Below are positions 10,748-21,904 of a stretch of 64,000 bases of DNA, in pieces (within the stretch, counting starts at the first letter, position 1; each line of letters opens with the position of its first letter). Both the position numbers and the translations under genes were made by a program. This DNA is from Candidatus Cloacimonadales bacterium (GTDB lineage Bacteria; Cloacimonadota; Cloacimonadia; Cloacimonadales; JAFGVF01), in the NCBI GenBank assembly GCA_963662585.1, contig OY759729.1, forward strand, positions 1,696,001-1,760,000, in the 5' to 3' direction. The notes below the pieces were generated by a model, which saw only the letters and a list, made by a program, of their open reading frames with translations, had not been told where the DNA came from and did not search any database.

Positions 10748-11081
10748 TCACTTTTCCTACTACTGCACTTTTAACAACTTCGATAACAGTATGGGTGTTT
10801 TTATCAATTTCAACACTCATGGTATTTTTATCGTTATCAATTTTGGTTATTTTTCCTAGAATTCCGCTATTTAGCTGGATTAAATCATCTTTTTTTAAAC
10901 TTTCCAACATTGCTTGAGCTTCTTTTTGTTGTTTTTTCTGAGGTCTAATAATTAAGAAATAAAAGATCAATGCTAAAGGAACGAACATTATCAAAGTTCC
11001 CATCAATCCCCCACCTTGAGCCTGTCCACCTTCACCTGTAGCAGGTGCCGCCATCATAATAGTATTAAATATATTATTCAT
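10728..11081 (-). CDS. yajC: Preprotein translocase subunit YajC
   Basis: IFYFLIIRPQKKQQK motif; GGAG SD supports ATG at 11081. Confidence 0.92.
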   Translation of the reverse strand: MNNIFNTIMMAAPATGEGGQAQGGGLMGTLIMFVPLALIFYFLIIRPQKKQQKEAQAMLESLKKDDLIQLNSGILGKITKIDNDKNTMSVEIDKNTHTVIEVVKSAVVGKVNEKGEK

Positions 11082-11152
11082 AATTTTCTCCTTCAATTTA
11101 TTATGTTCTATAAATTTGAGCTGTTATATAAGTCAACAACTTTCTTTAAAGC

Positions 11153-11485
11153 CTATTTTTCTTGCATGAATTTTTTAAATTCTTGCACGCTTTCTACCAA
11201 TCTTTTATAAAGGATTTCGAATTTATCAAAGAGTTCTAATTTTCCTGCATTCTCTAATTCTAAACCAACTTCACTTAAATTAATTAAAGAAAGGTTTGCA
11301 GCAGTTCCTTTTAAGGTATGACCGCTATTTCTCACCATAGCAGAATTTTTTTCTTTAATTGCTTTATCTAAATCTAATAATATTTCATCTGCAAAAACAA
11401 TAAAATCTTCTAGAAGTTCATCAAGAAGTTCCTCATCTCCTACTCTTTCAATAGCATCCTGATAATCAAAAATATTCTTATTCAT
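11153..11485 (-). CDS. Stand-alone Hpt (histidine phosphotransfer) protein
   Basis: GHTLKGTAANL Hpt motif; GGAGG SD before ATG at 11485. Confidence 0.88.
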   Translation of the reverse strand: MNKNIFDYQDAIERVGDEELLDELLEDFIVFADEILLDLDKAIKEKNSAMVRNSGHTLKGTAANLSLINLSEVGLELENAGKLELFDKFEILYKRLVESVQEFKKFMQEK

Positions 11486-11824
11486 TCTTTCCTCCAAATA
11501 AAATAAGTTTTTTTAAAATAAATTGTGACTTTAAACCTGTCAACTATTATTTCGTTTTAAAAGATATTTATCTCTTTGCCTTATTTTCTAGTACTAAATT
11601 TCTTGGCATTGTTATAATAAAAACTCTAAATTCATTCTCTAATGTTAGCATTGAAACTAAATAGTGAAGGTTAAATTCCCCAATAACAGAATCTGAACTA
11701 ATTACTTACTTTTAGTCATTAATTTATTCAAAATATTTTAGACTAAAAGTTAATAATCATTTTTTTGTTGACAAAATATATCTTATTTGTATTAATCGAA
11801 ATAAAGATGAAATGGAGGTTATTT

Positions 11825-13369
11825 ATGTTAGGAAAAACCATATCATATACAACGGTTGGGATTGATGCTCACAAAATTGAAGTAGAAGTCGACCAATATG
11901 GCAAGTTGCAGGGTCCGACAATAATGGTGGGTATGCCCTCAAATAGTGTTAAAGAAAGTAAAGAAAGAGTGAGTTCAGCAATTACTAATTCTGGTTATAA
12001 AAGTAAAGCTGGTACTACGATTATCAATCTTGCTCCAGCAGATTTAAAGAAAGATGGCTCAGCTTTAGATCTTTCTATTGCCATTGCTTTGTTAATTTCC
12101 CATAATAGTGTAAAAATAAAAGATAGTATTGATTATGCTATCTTAGGTGAGCTTTCATTAGATGGTACAGTAAAGCCTATAAAAGGGACTCTTCCGATAG
12201 CATTAGAAGCCAGAAAAGATAAATTAAGAGGAATTATTCTTCCTTATGAAAATGCTAGTGAGGCTGCTATTGTTCAAGATTTAGAGGTTATCCCAGTCCA
12301 CTCATTAATTGAGGCTGTAAGTTTTTTAGAAGGCAAGATTCTTATTCAACCTTTTAAGATAGATATTAAGAAAATATTTTCTTCTTTCAATGATTCAGAG
12401 ATTGATATGCACGATGTGAAAGGGCAATATCATGTCAAACGAGCTTTAGAAGTTTCTGCAGCAGGTGGACATAATATTTTAATGGTTGGACCTCCAGGTT
12501 CGGGAAAAACTATGCTAGCTAAAAGATTTGCCACTATTTTACCAGATTTATCTTTAGAAGAGGCTTTAGAGACAACAAAGATACACTCTGTGGCAGGAGT
12601 TCCCACTGATAAAAAGAATGGTATTGTAGTGAATCGTCCTTATCGTGCTCCTCACCATACAACAAGCGATGTTGCACTAATCGGAGGAGGTGCTTATCCT
12701 AAGCCAGGAGAAGTCTCATTATCCCATAATGGTGTTCTTTTTTTGGATGAATTACCTGAGTTCAAGAAATCAGTTTTAGAGGTATTGAGACAGCCTTTAG
12801 AAGATGGTATTGTTACAGTATCAAGAGCCTCTCAGAGTCTTAATTTCCCTGCAAAATTCATTTTAGTAACCTCGATGAACCCTTGTCCATGTGGCTATCA
12901 TAACTGCAATATCCCTGGACATGAATGTTCTTGTTCACCTAATATGGTACAACGCTATCGTAGCCGTGTTTCAGGTCCTTTATTAGATAGAATAGATCTT
13001 CATATCGAAGTTCCAGCAGTCCCTTACAAGGATTTGGGTGGAATCCCTGATGGTGAATTTTCTAAAGACATTAGAGCAAGAGTTAATAGAGCCCGTCAAA
13101 TTCAACTAGAAAGATTTAAGGAAGATTCAATCTTTTGCAATGCTCAGATGAGCCCTAAACACACTCGACTTTTCTGCCAGCTAGATGAAGATTGCAATCA
13201 GCTTTTGAAAATGACCATTGAGAAGAGAGGTTATTCTGCTCGGGTTTATGATAGAATTCTTAAAGTCGCTAGAACAGTAGCAGATTTAGAAGGCAGTCAG
13301 AAGATAAAAGCACAACATATTTCTGAATCTATTCAATATAGAAGTTTAGAAAAAGCCTTTTGGGGATAA
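11825..13369 (+). CDS. comM: ComM/YifB Mg-chelatase-like AAA+ ATPase
   Basis: INLAPADLKKDG, GPPGSGKTMLA, PGEVSLSHNGVLFLDELPEF, NPCPCG, SGPLLDRID; GGAGG SD before ATG 11825. Confidence 0.93.
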   Translation: MLGKTISYTTVGIDAHKIEVEVDQYGKLQGPTIMVGMPSNSVKESKERVSSAITNSGYKSKAGTTIINLAPADLKKDGSALDLSIAIALLISHNSVKIKDSIDYAILGELSLDGTVKPIKGTLPIALEARKDKLRGIILPYENASEAAIVQDLEVIPVHSLIEAVSFLEGKILIQPFKIDIKKIFSSFNDSEIDMHDVKGQYHVKRALEVSAAGGHNILMVGPPGSGKTMLAKRFATILPDLSLEEALETTKIHSVAGVPTDKKNGIVVNRPYRAPHHTTSDVALIGGGAYPKPGEVSLSHNGVLFLDELPEFKKSVLEVLRQPLEDGIVTVSRASQSLNFPAKFILVTSMNPCPCGYHNCNIPGHECSCSPNMVQRYRSRVSGPLLDRIDLHIEVPAVPYKDLGGIPDGEFSKDIRARVNRARQIQLERFKEDSIFCNAQMSPKHTRLFCQLDEDCNQLLKMTIEKRGYSARVYDRILKVARTVADLEGSQKIKAQHISESIQYRSLEKAFWG

Positions 13370-13382
13370 AGCTAAATCAAGT

Positions 13383-14369
13383 TTATATCATATTTTTAAG
13401 TTTTTGATAGGCTTCCAAGATAGCTTCTACTTGGATACTTTCCATACAGTCAAAGTGCTTTAAGGGGCATTCTTTCTGTCCGTGGAGAGTGCAGGGTGAG
13501 CAACTTATAGGATTAGTTAGAATGAGTGCTTTTTTGTTTAAAGGACGAAAACCAAGACTCACATTAGTAGAACCAAAGAAGGCTATTTGGGCTTTTCTCA
13601 GAGCTGCAGCAATATGCATAGGTCCGGAATCATTAGTAATCACCAGATCTGCTTCATTTATAGCTTCAACGAGCTCTACCAAGTTAAAATTACCAGCTAA
13701 GTCAAAACAAGCTTTAGTGATGTCTTTCTGGATTTCTTGAGTAAGCTCTTTTTCATCTTTTGAACCTAAAAGATAAAAATTAGTGTTATTATGTTCATAA
13801 TTATTAATAAATGAAATAAGTTTTTCTTTGGGAATTCTTTTAGTATTATGAGTAGCACCAGGGAAAATAACGACCTTCATATTAGCTTTTGAAGGAAGTA
13901 AATTTGAAGTCTCTGTAGTAACTTTGATAACTGGTTCGATAAATATATAAGGAACTTTTAACTTATCAAAAACTGTATTATAAAGGTCAACAGTGCTATT
14001 TATTGACATCTGTGTTTTATGAGCAACTATCTTATTTCTCAGAGCCCTTTTTTTATCATAAGTAACAGTCTTTTGTCCTCTGATTATTACTTTCGCAAGC
14101 CAAGAATTTAGCTTACCGTGAAGATCAAGCACTAAGTCGTATTTCCTTTTGCTTAAGTTTCTTAGCTGAGAAAATGATTTATACTCTGTAAAAACTGAAT
14201 TAACAGTAAAATAAGTTGCCACAAATTGTTTAAAAGCAGGCTTAGTAAGATAGTCTATTTCAGCATTAGGATAGATATTCTTTAACTGATCAACAAGTGC
14301 TTTTGTAAGAACAATATCTCCAAGCGAACTAAATCTTATAATTAAAATTCTAATATTATTAACCCCCAT
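13383..14369 (-). CDS. Glycosyltransferase family 9 (LPS heptosyltransferase-like)
   Basis: IIRFSSLGDIV N-terminus, TNDSGPMHIAAAL, FGST, CSPC motifs; start taken at Met 14369. Confidence 0.88.
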   Translation of the reverse strand: MGVNNIRILIIRFSSLGDIVLTKALVDQLKNIYPNAEIDYLTKPAFKQFVATYFTVNSVFTEYKSFSQLRNLSKRKYDLVLDLHGKLNSWLAKVIIRGQKTVTYDKKRALRNKIVAHKTQMSINSTVDLYNTVFDKLKVPYIFIEPVIKVTTETSNLLPSKANMKVVIFPGATHNTKRIPKEKLISFINNYEHNNTNFYLLGSKDEKELTQEIQKDITKACFDLAGNFNLVELVEAINEADLVITNDSGPMHIAAALRKAQIAFFGSTNVSLGFRPLNKKALILTNPISCSPCTLHGQKECPLKHFDCMESIQVEAILEAYQKLKNMI

Positions 14370-14388
14370 ATCTGTGTATAATTTTCTT

Positions 14389-16740
14389 CTAATGATTCTC
14401 TTGCATTGTACTTTCTTTAGGAATAGTAAAATTAAAGGTGGATCCTTTATTCTCTTCACTTGTTACCCAAAGAGTGCCGTGGTTTAATTCTACAAAATTC
14501 TTACATAATATTAATCCTAAGCCAGTTCCTCTTTCTTTTGAAGTTCCGATTGTAGAAACCATCTCTTTGGGATTGAAAATAGATTCCAATCTTTGGGATG
14601 GTATTCCCACCCCATAATCCCTGATAGATATAGTCAATAGATCACTATCTAATTTAGAAGTTATGGTAATTTTTGAAGAATTGTAAGAGAATTTTATAGC
14701 ATTAGAAAGTAGGTTTCTAATCACAGTACTGATCATATTTAAATCAAAATAACCTATATGAGTAGGTACAACATTATTTTCAATACTTAGCTTCTTATTC
14801 TCCAACAAAGTTAAGAGAGTATTAATTGTTTTAGAAACAATCTCATATATTGAGTAGTAATTTGGGATTATCTGAATTTCATTTTTCTGACTTCTAGTCC
14901 ACTGCAAAAGATTTTCTAAAAGATCAAAGGTATGATCAGCTGATTTATAAAGCTCAGCCATTAAGGAGCTTCTTTCATCTTCAGTAAATACATTTTTCTT
15001 AGTTGCAAGAAGCTTAAAGATCTCTCTAAAATTACCAATCGGACCTCGTAAATCATGGGCAATAATAGAGAAAAATCTATCTTTGGTGTAGTTTGCGTCT
15101 CTGAGTTTTCTTTCAGATTTGAGCAAGGCTTCATCATATATCTTTCTATCCGTAATATCTTTAATTATTCCTAAATTCGTAGATTTTCCTGTAACAGGAT
15201 TATGCACAGTAGAATAAGAAATTTCAGAGTAAATAATCATTCCATTCTGAGCTTGGAGTCTTAGTTCTATAGTAGAGACATCATGATTAGAAAGTTTCTT
15301 GGCTAAAGTAGAAGCAACCTCAACTTTTTCTTCGGCTAATACAAACTCTAAGATATTATTAAATGGAGAAGAATCAGTTTCCAAGAGAATATCTTTCAAA
15401 TATTTGTTTGCCCTTTCTATAGTCCCATCTTTAGAGAAGATGCATATTCCTATTGGAGCATAATCAAAAATAGCATTAAGGAAATTGTTGGTTTTAGATG
15501 ATTCTAAGTGTGTCTTTTTGTATTCAGTAACATCATTAACTACCCCGATAATACCATCTATTGCCCCACGCTCATCCCTAAACACATCCTTATAAACAAC
15601 TAAATCCCGCTCTTGATTATCCGATAACTCAATTATATGTTCACTCTTTATCTGCCTTTTTTTATAAAGTAATTCCTTATCACTTTGGGATAGTATTTCT
15701 GCTTGTTTTTTAGGTAAAACATCATAAATATTCTTTATATTAGGTTGCTTTGATTTACCAACAAAGAGATCGAGCCATTTCTTATTATAGCCTAAATAGT
15801 TACCCTGGAGATCTTTATAATAAATAGCATTAGGTATAGTATCAAGAATTGTCTCTAAAAAGTTTTTCTGCTTTCTAATAATATTATTAGCATCTTCTAA
15901 AGCTTCCCTCTCCTCTTCTATAAGATTTATCTCTTGTTCTTTCTTATCTATCTCATACTGATTTAATATTTTAGCTAGCTTAGCATGGGAATTATTGTTC
16001 TGATAATTGTTACAAATTTGATGACTCTTCTCTAAATAAAGAAAAGCTTGAGGAATATCATTAATCAATTTATAATAATGATAATAGTTTTCATAAGATG
16101 ACTTTAGTGAGATATCATCTCCAAGCTCTAAAGCTAAATCATTAGATTTTTTTAATATCCCAACTATATCTTGTGTATTATTACATTTTATTGAGGCTAA
16201 AATTTTATTGCTGTAGATATTAAAAAGAATTTTGGGCGAAACTTCACTTAAATCCTCCTCTTTCAAAGAGGATAATATGTCATAAGCTAAACCATACTCT
16301 CTTATTTGCAAATAGAGATTTGCCATCTCATGCAGTGCTATCACTATTCCTTTGGAGAAATTCAGGGTAGTAGATGTCAATAGTATTTCATGATATAATT
16401 CTACAGCTTTTTCAGTATCCCCACTTTTAAAATGAATCTTGGCTAAGAGAGAATTTATCTGCAATTTTGGTAAAATTTCATTATGCTTGTAATAGTAGTT
16501 CTTAGCTCTTAAGATATACTCCTTGGCCAATTGCAAGTCATCTAATAAAAAATAGCATTCCCCGACTATCCTATTGAAAACACCAAAGTAAAGATGCTTC
16601 TCTTCTGAAGTAGCTCTTTCTTGGGCTAATAAGGCATATTTAAGGCCTAAATCAGGAGAAATTTCTATTATTTCCTGAGCCTTTTTTAATAAATTCATGG
16701 TGTTTTCTATCGAAATACTATTTTTACTCATTGTAGACAA
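14389..16740 (-). CDS. Cytoplasmic sensor histidine kinase: TPR-like N-terminus, two PAS domains, HisKA/HATPase
   Basis: IIAHDLRGP H-box, NLLSNAIKF, DYGVGI, GTGLGL; PAS/PAC motifs (YYKDLQGNYLGYN, DITDRK). Confidence 0.9.
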   Translation of the reverse strand: MSTMSKNSISIENTMNLLKKAQEIIEISPDLGLKYALLAQERATSEEKHLYFGVFNRIVGECYFLLDDLQLAKEYILRAKNYYYKHNEILPKLQINSLLAKIHFKSGDTEKAVELYHEILLTSTTLNFSKGIVIALHEMANLYLQIREYGLAYDILSSLKEEDLSEVSPKILFNIYSNKILASIKCNNTQDIVGILKKSNDLALELGDDISLKSSYENYYHYYKLINDIPQAFLYLEKSHQICNNYQNNNSHAKLAKILNQYEIDKKEQEINLIEEEREALEDANNIIRKQKNFLETILDTIPNAIYYKDLQGNYLGYNKKWLDLFVGKSKQPNIKNIYDVLPKKQAEILSQSDKELLYKKRQIKSEHIIELSDNQERDLVVYKDVFRDERGAIDGIIGVVNDVTEYKKTHLESSKTNNFLNAIFDYAPIGICIFSKDGTIERANKYLKDILLETDSSPFNNILEFVLAEEKVEVASTLAKKLSNHDVSTIELRLQAQNGMIIYSEISYSTVHNPVTGKSTNLGIIKDITDRKIYDEALLKSERKLRDANYTKDRFFSIIAHDLRGPIGNFREIFKLLATKKNVFTEDERSSLMAELYKSADHTFDLLENLLQWTRSQKNEIQIIPNYYSIYEIVSKTINTLLTLLENKKLSIENNVVPTHIGYFDLNMISTVIRNLLSNAIKFSYNSSKITITSKLDSDLLTISIRDYGVGIPSQRLESIFNPKEMVSTIGTSKERGTGLGLILCKNFVELNHGTLWVTSEENKGSTFNFTIPKESTMQENH

Positions 16741-16896
16741 TCCTCATTTTACTAATTATTATTACTAGTAGAAAAATGTAAAGTAATATTTCGCTAATAA
16801 TTATTTTTTTTTGGCAAATATTTCTGAATAAGAGAATTGATAATAGTTATCACAAATAAAAATAATCTTCATTAGTATAATTTAAAATGATACAGG

Positions 16897-18489
16897 CTAA
16901 ATACTTTTAAAATATAAATTTTCCTTGTTTTCTAATATTTCAACAAATTCAATAATAGTTTTAGCGTAAATATATAAATTTTTTGTATCCTTAATATAAC
17001 TAATTTGCCTTATTGAATCTGGATAAAAAGTCGGTGCAACGAAATAACAAATTGAATTTTTGAAGCTCTTTAGGTACTCTTCAAGATGTCTTTCTATTGG
17101 CCATACTTCTTGAACAGTCTGAATCCGTCCTTGTGACATGGTAACTTCTATCAAAACTCCATTATTATTCTCAACACACTCTATATCGCCCTGATTATTT
17201 TTCCCTGAAGCAGTTGAAGTAGGAATTCCTTCATCATCACAGGGATAATTAGGTTTTACATGAATTGAGGGAAATTTGGATTTTATCGCAATTGCAATTA
17301 GGAATTCAAGCCTTACTGGATGAGATAAGTACTTTAATATTGGGTCTTTGCTTGCTTGTTTATGAGTAAGATTTGATAACTCTTTTTTTATTATTTTGAA
17401 TGGATAATGCTCGGTCCACTTCTGGAGTTTTTTATCATTTTCTATTGCAGAGTTAGTACTGGAAGTAATCTTATGTAGACTTACTTCAGTTTTAGCCATA
17501 TAATCAAAATATTTTTTTTCGTCATTAAATATATTATAGTTTGAATAGTTGTTAATTATGTAATCAATTCTGCGAATCTCATTTTTATTTAAATCAATAA
17601 ATCTACCTCCACCCCGCAAAGTTATAAGACCTGTTAATCTCATTTTTCTTATAAATTCATCAGGATATTCACTCATGATAGTGTTGTCTTTAAATTTTTT
17701 AAATTCTCCTTGCATTATAGTATTTTTGCAATGATTAATTATTACTTCCCACGAGGGTTTATAACTGTATTTTTCTCGAATACTAATAATTAGCTCATAT
17801 AATTCTTGAAAATTATTATTTTTCCAAAATATTAATAAAGGTACTTCTAATTTCGTTAAACCTTTCTGATTGTATTTTTTGTTATTATTTATTAATTTAA
17901 TTAGATTGAGTAATAAAATTAATGGAACATTGTCATTAAGAACTCTAATAAATGGATTTTTTCTTTGGTATTTTACCATAGCGTTTAGAAATACATACTG
18001 TTGAATGCTTGAATCAATATCTGATATTATTACTGATTGATTCTCACTAACATCTATTTTCACAGAAGTTGCTAGTTTTATACCTATCTCCGAGAACTTT
18101 ATTTTCTCATTTATTCTGTAATAAACTAAACCTAATTCTCTACTAAAATTATACCAAGTAGCAAATCTAGAAGACCAACCTTTATCAAAACCTGCCTCTT
18201 TGTGCTGTTGAGGATTCTTTTCAATCAAAAAATTTATTTCAGTTTCATTTATCAGCTTTTCATAACCATTGTTATTCCTTGTATTCCATTTGCTTCTAAT
18301 AGACTCTGTCTTATTATTTGGTTTATATAAACCATACTTAAGTAAGATTTTAACAATATCTATTATTATTTCATTTGTTAGTACTTTATTATTATATTCC
18401 AACAAGATATTTAAAAATATTTTCAACCTTTCGGGGTTGCGCATTGTAGTTGTAAATAATAGTGGTTTATATTTTAGATTTTTCATCAA
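16897..18489 (-). CDS. AlwI-family type IIS restriction endonuclease
   Basis: N-terminal KPLLFTTTMRNPER, HKEAGFDKGWSSRF, GDIE...IEVTM nuclease motif; downstream of two adenine MTases. Confidence 0.8.
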   Translation of the reverse strand: MMKNLKYKPLLFTTTMRNPERLKIFLNILLEYNNKVLTNEIIIDIVKILLKYGLYKPNNKTESIRSKWNTRNNNGYEKLINETEINFLIEKNPQQHKEAGFDKGWSSRFATWYNFSRELGLVYYRINEKIKFSEIGIKLATSVKIDVSENQSVIISDIDSSIQQYVFLNAMVKYQRKNPFIRVLNDNVPLILLLNLIKLINNNKKYNQKGLTKLEVPLLIFWKNNNFQELYELIISIREKYSYKPSWEVIINHCKNTIMQGEFKKFKDNTIMSEYPDEFIRKMRLTGLITLRGGGRFIDLNKNEIRRIDYIINNYSNYNIFNDEKKYFDYMAKTEVSLHKITSSTNSAIENDKKLQKWTEHYPFKIIKKELSNLTHKQASKDPILKYLSHPVRLEFLIAIAIKSKFPSIHVKPNYPCDDEGIPTSTASGKNNQGDIECVENNNGVLIEVTMSQGRIQTVQEVWPIERHLEEYLKSFKNSICYFVAPTFYPDSIRQISYIKDTKNLYIYAKTIIEFVEILENKENLYFKSI

Positions 18490-18494
18490 TGCTC

Positions 18495-19394
18495 CTAATA
18501 ATTAATAACTAAAACTTCTCTAAAGTTCTTTTTAGTGTTATCATGATAACTTATATAATTACTCTTAATCTCAATAACTTTATATTTTTTCATCCAATTG
18601 ATAAAAATTTGATTCTCATTATTTTTATAATTTGTAACATTTGAAATAGCAAATTTAATATTTTCACCATTTAACTTATCTAGGGTATCCAAAAGTAATT
18701 TTTCTTTTTTTTCATTCCATATTTTATTGTACTCACTTGATGTTATTAAATACGGAGGATCACAATAAATAAAATCATCAGAAGTATAATTATTACCTCT
18801 TATAAACTCGTGAAAATCAAGATTATGCAACATGATATCTTTATCCTTTACATAAGAGAAATAGTAGTTTAGTGCATTAAGAACATTTGAGTTAAAGTCT
18901 ACATTTCCAACAGGGAGATTAAAATCACCTTTTCGATTAAATCTTATCATCCTATTAAATCCATAAATAATCAATAAATACAATAGAAGAGGAGATTTAC
19001 TATTTTGATAATCAGATTTTAATTTATTATAAGCGACCTTATTATAATGGGCATAATATGTTTTTTTGTACTTTTGCTTAAGTGCATAAGGTACAGAATC
19101 TTCCAAACAAGACAAAGATAGTCCATAATTCCGTATTATTGAAAAAGTTCTTTTAAAAAAAGAACTACTGATCGCATTATCAATCAAATATTGATGTAAT
19201 TCATAAACATTTTTATCAATATCATTTAAGGAGTAATGATTTGCTTTGGTATTCAAAAAAACACTTCCCCCGCCAAGAAAGGGTTCATAAAAATTATTTA
19301 TTTCTTTAGGAAAATATCTATGAATACTTTTTAATAATTTATATTTATCTCCAACATAAAAAAAGGGAGACCTATGAAAATCAAACTGGTTCAT
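18495..19394 (-). CDS. Dam/D12-class DNA N6-adenine methyltransferase
   Basis: YVGDKYKL, EPFLGGGSV, YCDPPY; ATG at 19394 overlaps the upstream MTase stop by 14 nt. Confidence 0.9.
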   Translation of the reverse strand: MNQFDFHRSPFFYVGDKYKLLKSIHRYFPKEINNFYEPFLGGGSVFLNTKANHYSLNDIDKNVYELHQYLIDNAISSSFFKRTFSIIRNYGLSLSCLEDSVPYALKQKYKKTYYAHYNKVAYNKLKSDYQNSKSPLLLYLLIIYGFNRMIRFNRKGDFNLPVGNVDFNSNVLNALNYYFSYVKDKDIMLHNLDFHEFIRGNNYTSDDFIYCDPPYLITSSEYNKIWNEKKEKLLLDTLDKLNGENIKFAISNVTNYKNNENQIFINWMKKYKVIEIKSNYISYHDNTKKNFREVLVINY

Positions 19395-20571
19395 TAGTAA
19401 CCTTTGTAACAAATAAATATTCTTTATGATTAGAAAACTCTGTTTTCCCTGTATTAAAAAAACTGTACTCTCTAGAGAATATTTTAGTATTACCTCTACT
19501 TTGAAGAATTAATAAAATCTCATCTAAGGTAATCTTGTTTTTTGATGAATTACTTTTTGAGTTATAAGTATTATTGTAAGAAACAACAATATATTTTGTG
19601 TGTAGATTTTTTATGAGCTCAGTAAATTTAACAGATGCTTTAACCCTACAATAATCACTCATATTTTGAGGTTTTGGTTTTAACGCAGTTCCGAACAGAT
19701 TAGGCTTTTTCCATTCTGTTAGGTTTTCTAATAAATGATAAAATCTGCTATATTGTCTTGAATTATAAGGAGGATCAATATAAATAATATCTGAATATAA
19801 ACTTGAAGAAAGTATATTTGCATCTTCTCTATAAAGTTCTACAGTTTTACTATCAGTAAGTATAGGTCTTATAGGTTTTAGTAAAATTCGTTTTGAAGAA
19901 ATAGCTTTTTTTATATAAGCATCATAATGACCAACTGTATTAGCTACTTTATCCAAAGAATAGATTAAAGAAGCAATTAAAATATAGTACTCCTTAGAAG
20001 ATAATTCACTTTTCTTTTCTTCTATATCTTCTCTTATATATCCGATTAATTTAGCATTATTATTATTAAAGTACTTATCTCCAAAATTCTGAGAGAAGTA
20101 GTTATCCTTTATATCATTAATTTTTAGATTATTATAATCATTGATAATATCAATTATTTTTTGATCATTATACTCGCCTTCTCCCAAAAAAGCCTTATAT
20201 ATAAAGTAGTTTGAATGAAGAAAATCATTGAATATAACCTTTTTAAAAATACTTAATGCCGTAGAACCAACAATTCCAGTCCCTGAAAAAATATCAGTAA
20301 AACTATCACCATGACATTCTGATTGTATAATTGAAAATATCCAATCAATTAATTTCTGCTTACTTCCAATGTATCTTCTATTATTTATATTAAACCGATT
20401 CTCTTCATCCATATATATATATTGATTTAACTTAGAGCTTGAAATATTTACTTCTAAATATTTCTTCTCTAGAACATCAAATATGGTTAACTGATTATCT
20501 GTCTTTTCACATAAAATATAATCCTCATCTACTTCTACATAAGGAATTGATTTATAATAATGTTGCTTCAT
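19381..20571 (-). CDS. D12-class DNA N6-adenine methyltransferase (second-strand MTase)
   Basis: RYIGSKQKL, DIFSGTGIV, YIDPPYNSRQY motifs. Confidence 0.9.
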   Translation of the reverse strand: MKQHYYKSIPYVEVDEDYILCEKTDNQLTIFDVLEKKYLEVNISSSKLNQYIYMDEENRFNINNRRYIGSKQKLIDWIFSIIQSECHGDSFTDIFSGTGIVGSTALSIFKKVIFNDFLHSNYFIYKAFLGEGEYNDQKIIDIINDYNNLKINDIKDNYFSQNFGDKYFNNNNAKLIGYIREDIEEKKSELSSKEYYILIASLIYSLDKVANTVGHYDAYIKKAISSKRILLKPIRPILTDSKTVELYREDANILSSSLYSDIIYIDPPYNSRQYSRFYHLLENLTEWKKPNLFGTALKPKPQNMSDYCRVKASVKFTELIKNLHTKYIVVSYNNTYNSKSNSSKNKITLDEILLILQSRGNTKIFSREYSFFNTGKTEFSNHKEYLFVTKVTNEPV

Positions 20572-20809
20572 TTTACTCCATATCTAAACTACTATTTTAT
20601 TTTATATATTTAATTTTAGTAACACTGAATTATTGTCAAGAAATTACACCTAAGAAAATTATTCCACATAGTATTTACTATGCTTCTTCTCCCCTCCTCC
20701 TTCTTTCAAATCTAAAATATTGTTTGAAGTATTTTTGAATTGATTAAGAAGAAGCAAGGGACGAGAATAGGTAAACAAGTAGATAGACGGTTTAAGTAAG
20801 CTACAATTA

Positions 20810-21739
20810 TCAAGTTTTGATTTTTAGAGTATTTTTAAAATGAAGCTTGGCAAGCTCTTCTAGCTTTTCTTCTCCAAATTTTTCTACAATCTGGCGTCCG
20901 ATAGTAATAGTCCTCTCTCCCCCGCCTTTAGGAATTGTAATCCCGTAGACTTTTGAGTAATACTCAATTCCGGCATTGAATTTTGCTCGAGCTAAAATAG
21001 ATGCAGTAGCCACAGCAATATCTCTCTCTCCTTGATGAGCCTGAAGAACATCGCAAGAATCGATTTTTTCAGAATTAAGATAGTATTCAACTAATCCTTG
21101 CTTAGTAAATCTATCCACAAAAATTCCTTCTGGGTTAAATTTTCGAGCTAAAGTAGCTATCACTTTTGAGTGACACCAGGCTAAAAGATGATTTAGGTTC
21201 TTCTTGTTTGCAGTGAAGTTTTTATATAATTCATTATACTTCTTAGGAACTAAGGTAATAACTTGATATTGATTAGGAAACCTCTCCATTATTTTATCAG
21301 CCAAAATGTTAATTTGAGCATCTTGCAATTGTTTACTGTCTTTAACTCCTAATCTCTGTAAGGCAAGAACATCTTGCTCTCTACAGTAGAAAGCAGCAGT
21401 TACTAAAGGCCCAAAATAATCCCCTTTCCCTGATTCATCACTTCCAATCCAGTGTTTCCAGTTGTGTAATTCTAAAATCTCAGGTGTGCTATTATGCTTT
21501 TGACATTGAATAACAACTTCATTCAAACAACTATTTATAAAGTTCTCTTTATTTGATGTAGTAAAAGATACTCTATCTTTATTAGCACTATAATAGATAT
21601 TAACCTTACTCTTCTCATTTCCTAAAGAATACTCTAATTGCACCCCATAAGGAATCTCTTTCTGAGATAATAAGGATAAATTATTCTTCAGCGCAATGCT
21701 TTTAAAACTACTTAAAGTATCAGATAATTTTTGATTCAT
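20810..21739 (-). CDS. rnhC: Ribonuclease HIII
   Basis: IGSDESGKGDYFGPLV, VKDSK, VATASILAR, KLHFKN; N-terminal extension typical of RNase HIII. Confidence 0.88.
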   Translation of the reverse strand: MNQKLSDTLSSFKSIALKNNLSLLSQKEIPYGVQLEYSLGNEKSKVNIYYSANKDRVSFTTSNKENFINSCLNEVVIQCQKHNSTPEILELHNWKHWIGSDESGKGDYFGPLVTAAFYCREQDVLALQRLGVKDSKQLQDAQINILADKIMERFPNQYQVITLVPKKYNELYKNFTANKKNLNHLLAWCHSKVIATLARKFNPEGIFVDRFTKQGLVEYYLNSEKIDSCDVLQAHQGERDIAVATASILARAKFNAGIEYYSKVYGITIPKGGGERTITIGRQIVEKFGEEKLEELAKLHFKNTLKIKT

Positions 21740-21904
21740 ATTTTATATTCCTTGAGGAAATAATTATTTATCAGGGAATTTCGTCAATAAATCAAATAAA
21801 AAATTGCGACAAATAAATAAAAGGGGGGAATTACCAAGAGATATTTAACAAATAATTTGACTAAATTATTGATGTTGATTATATTGCTATTGAGGTGGTT
21901 GAAT

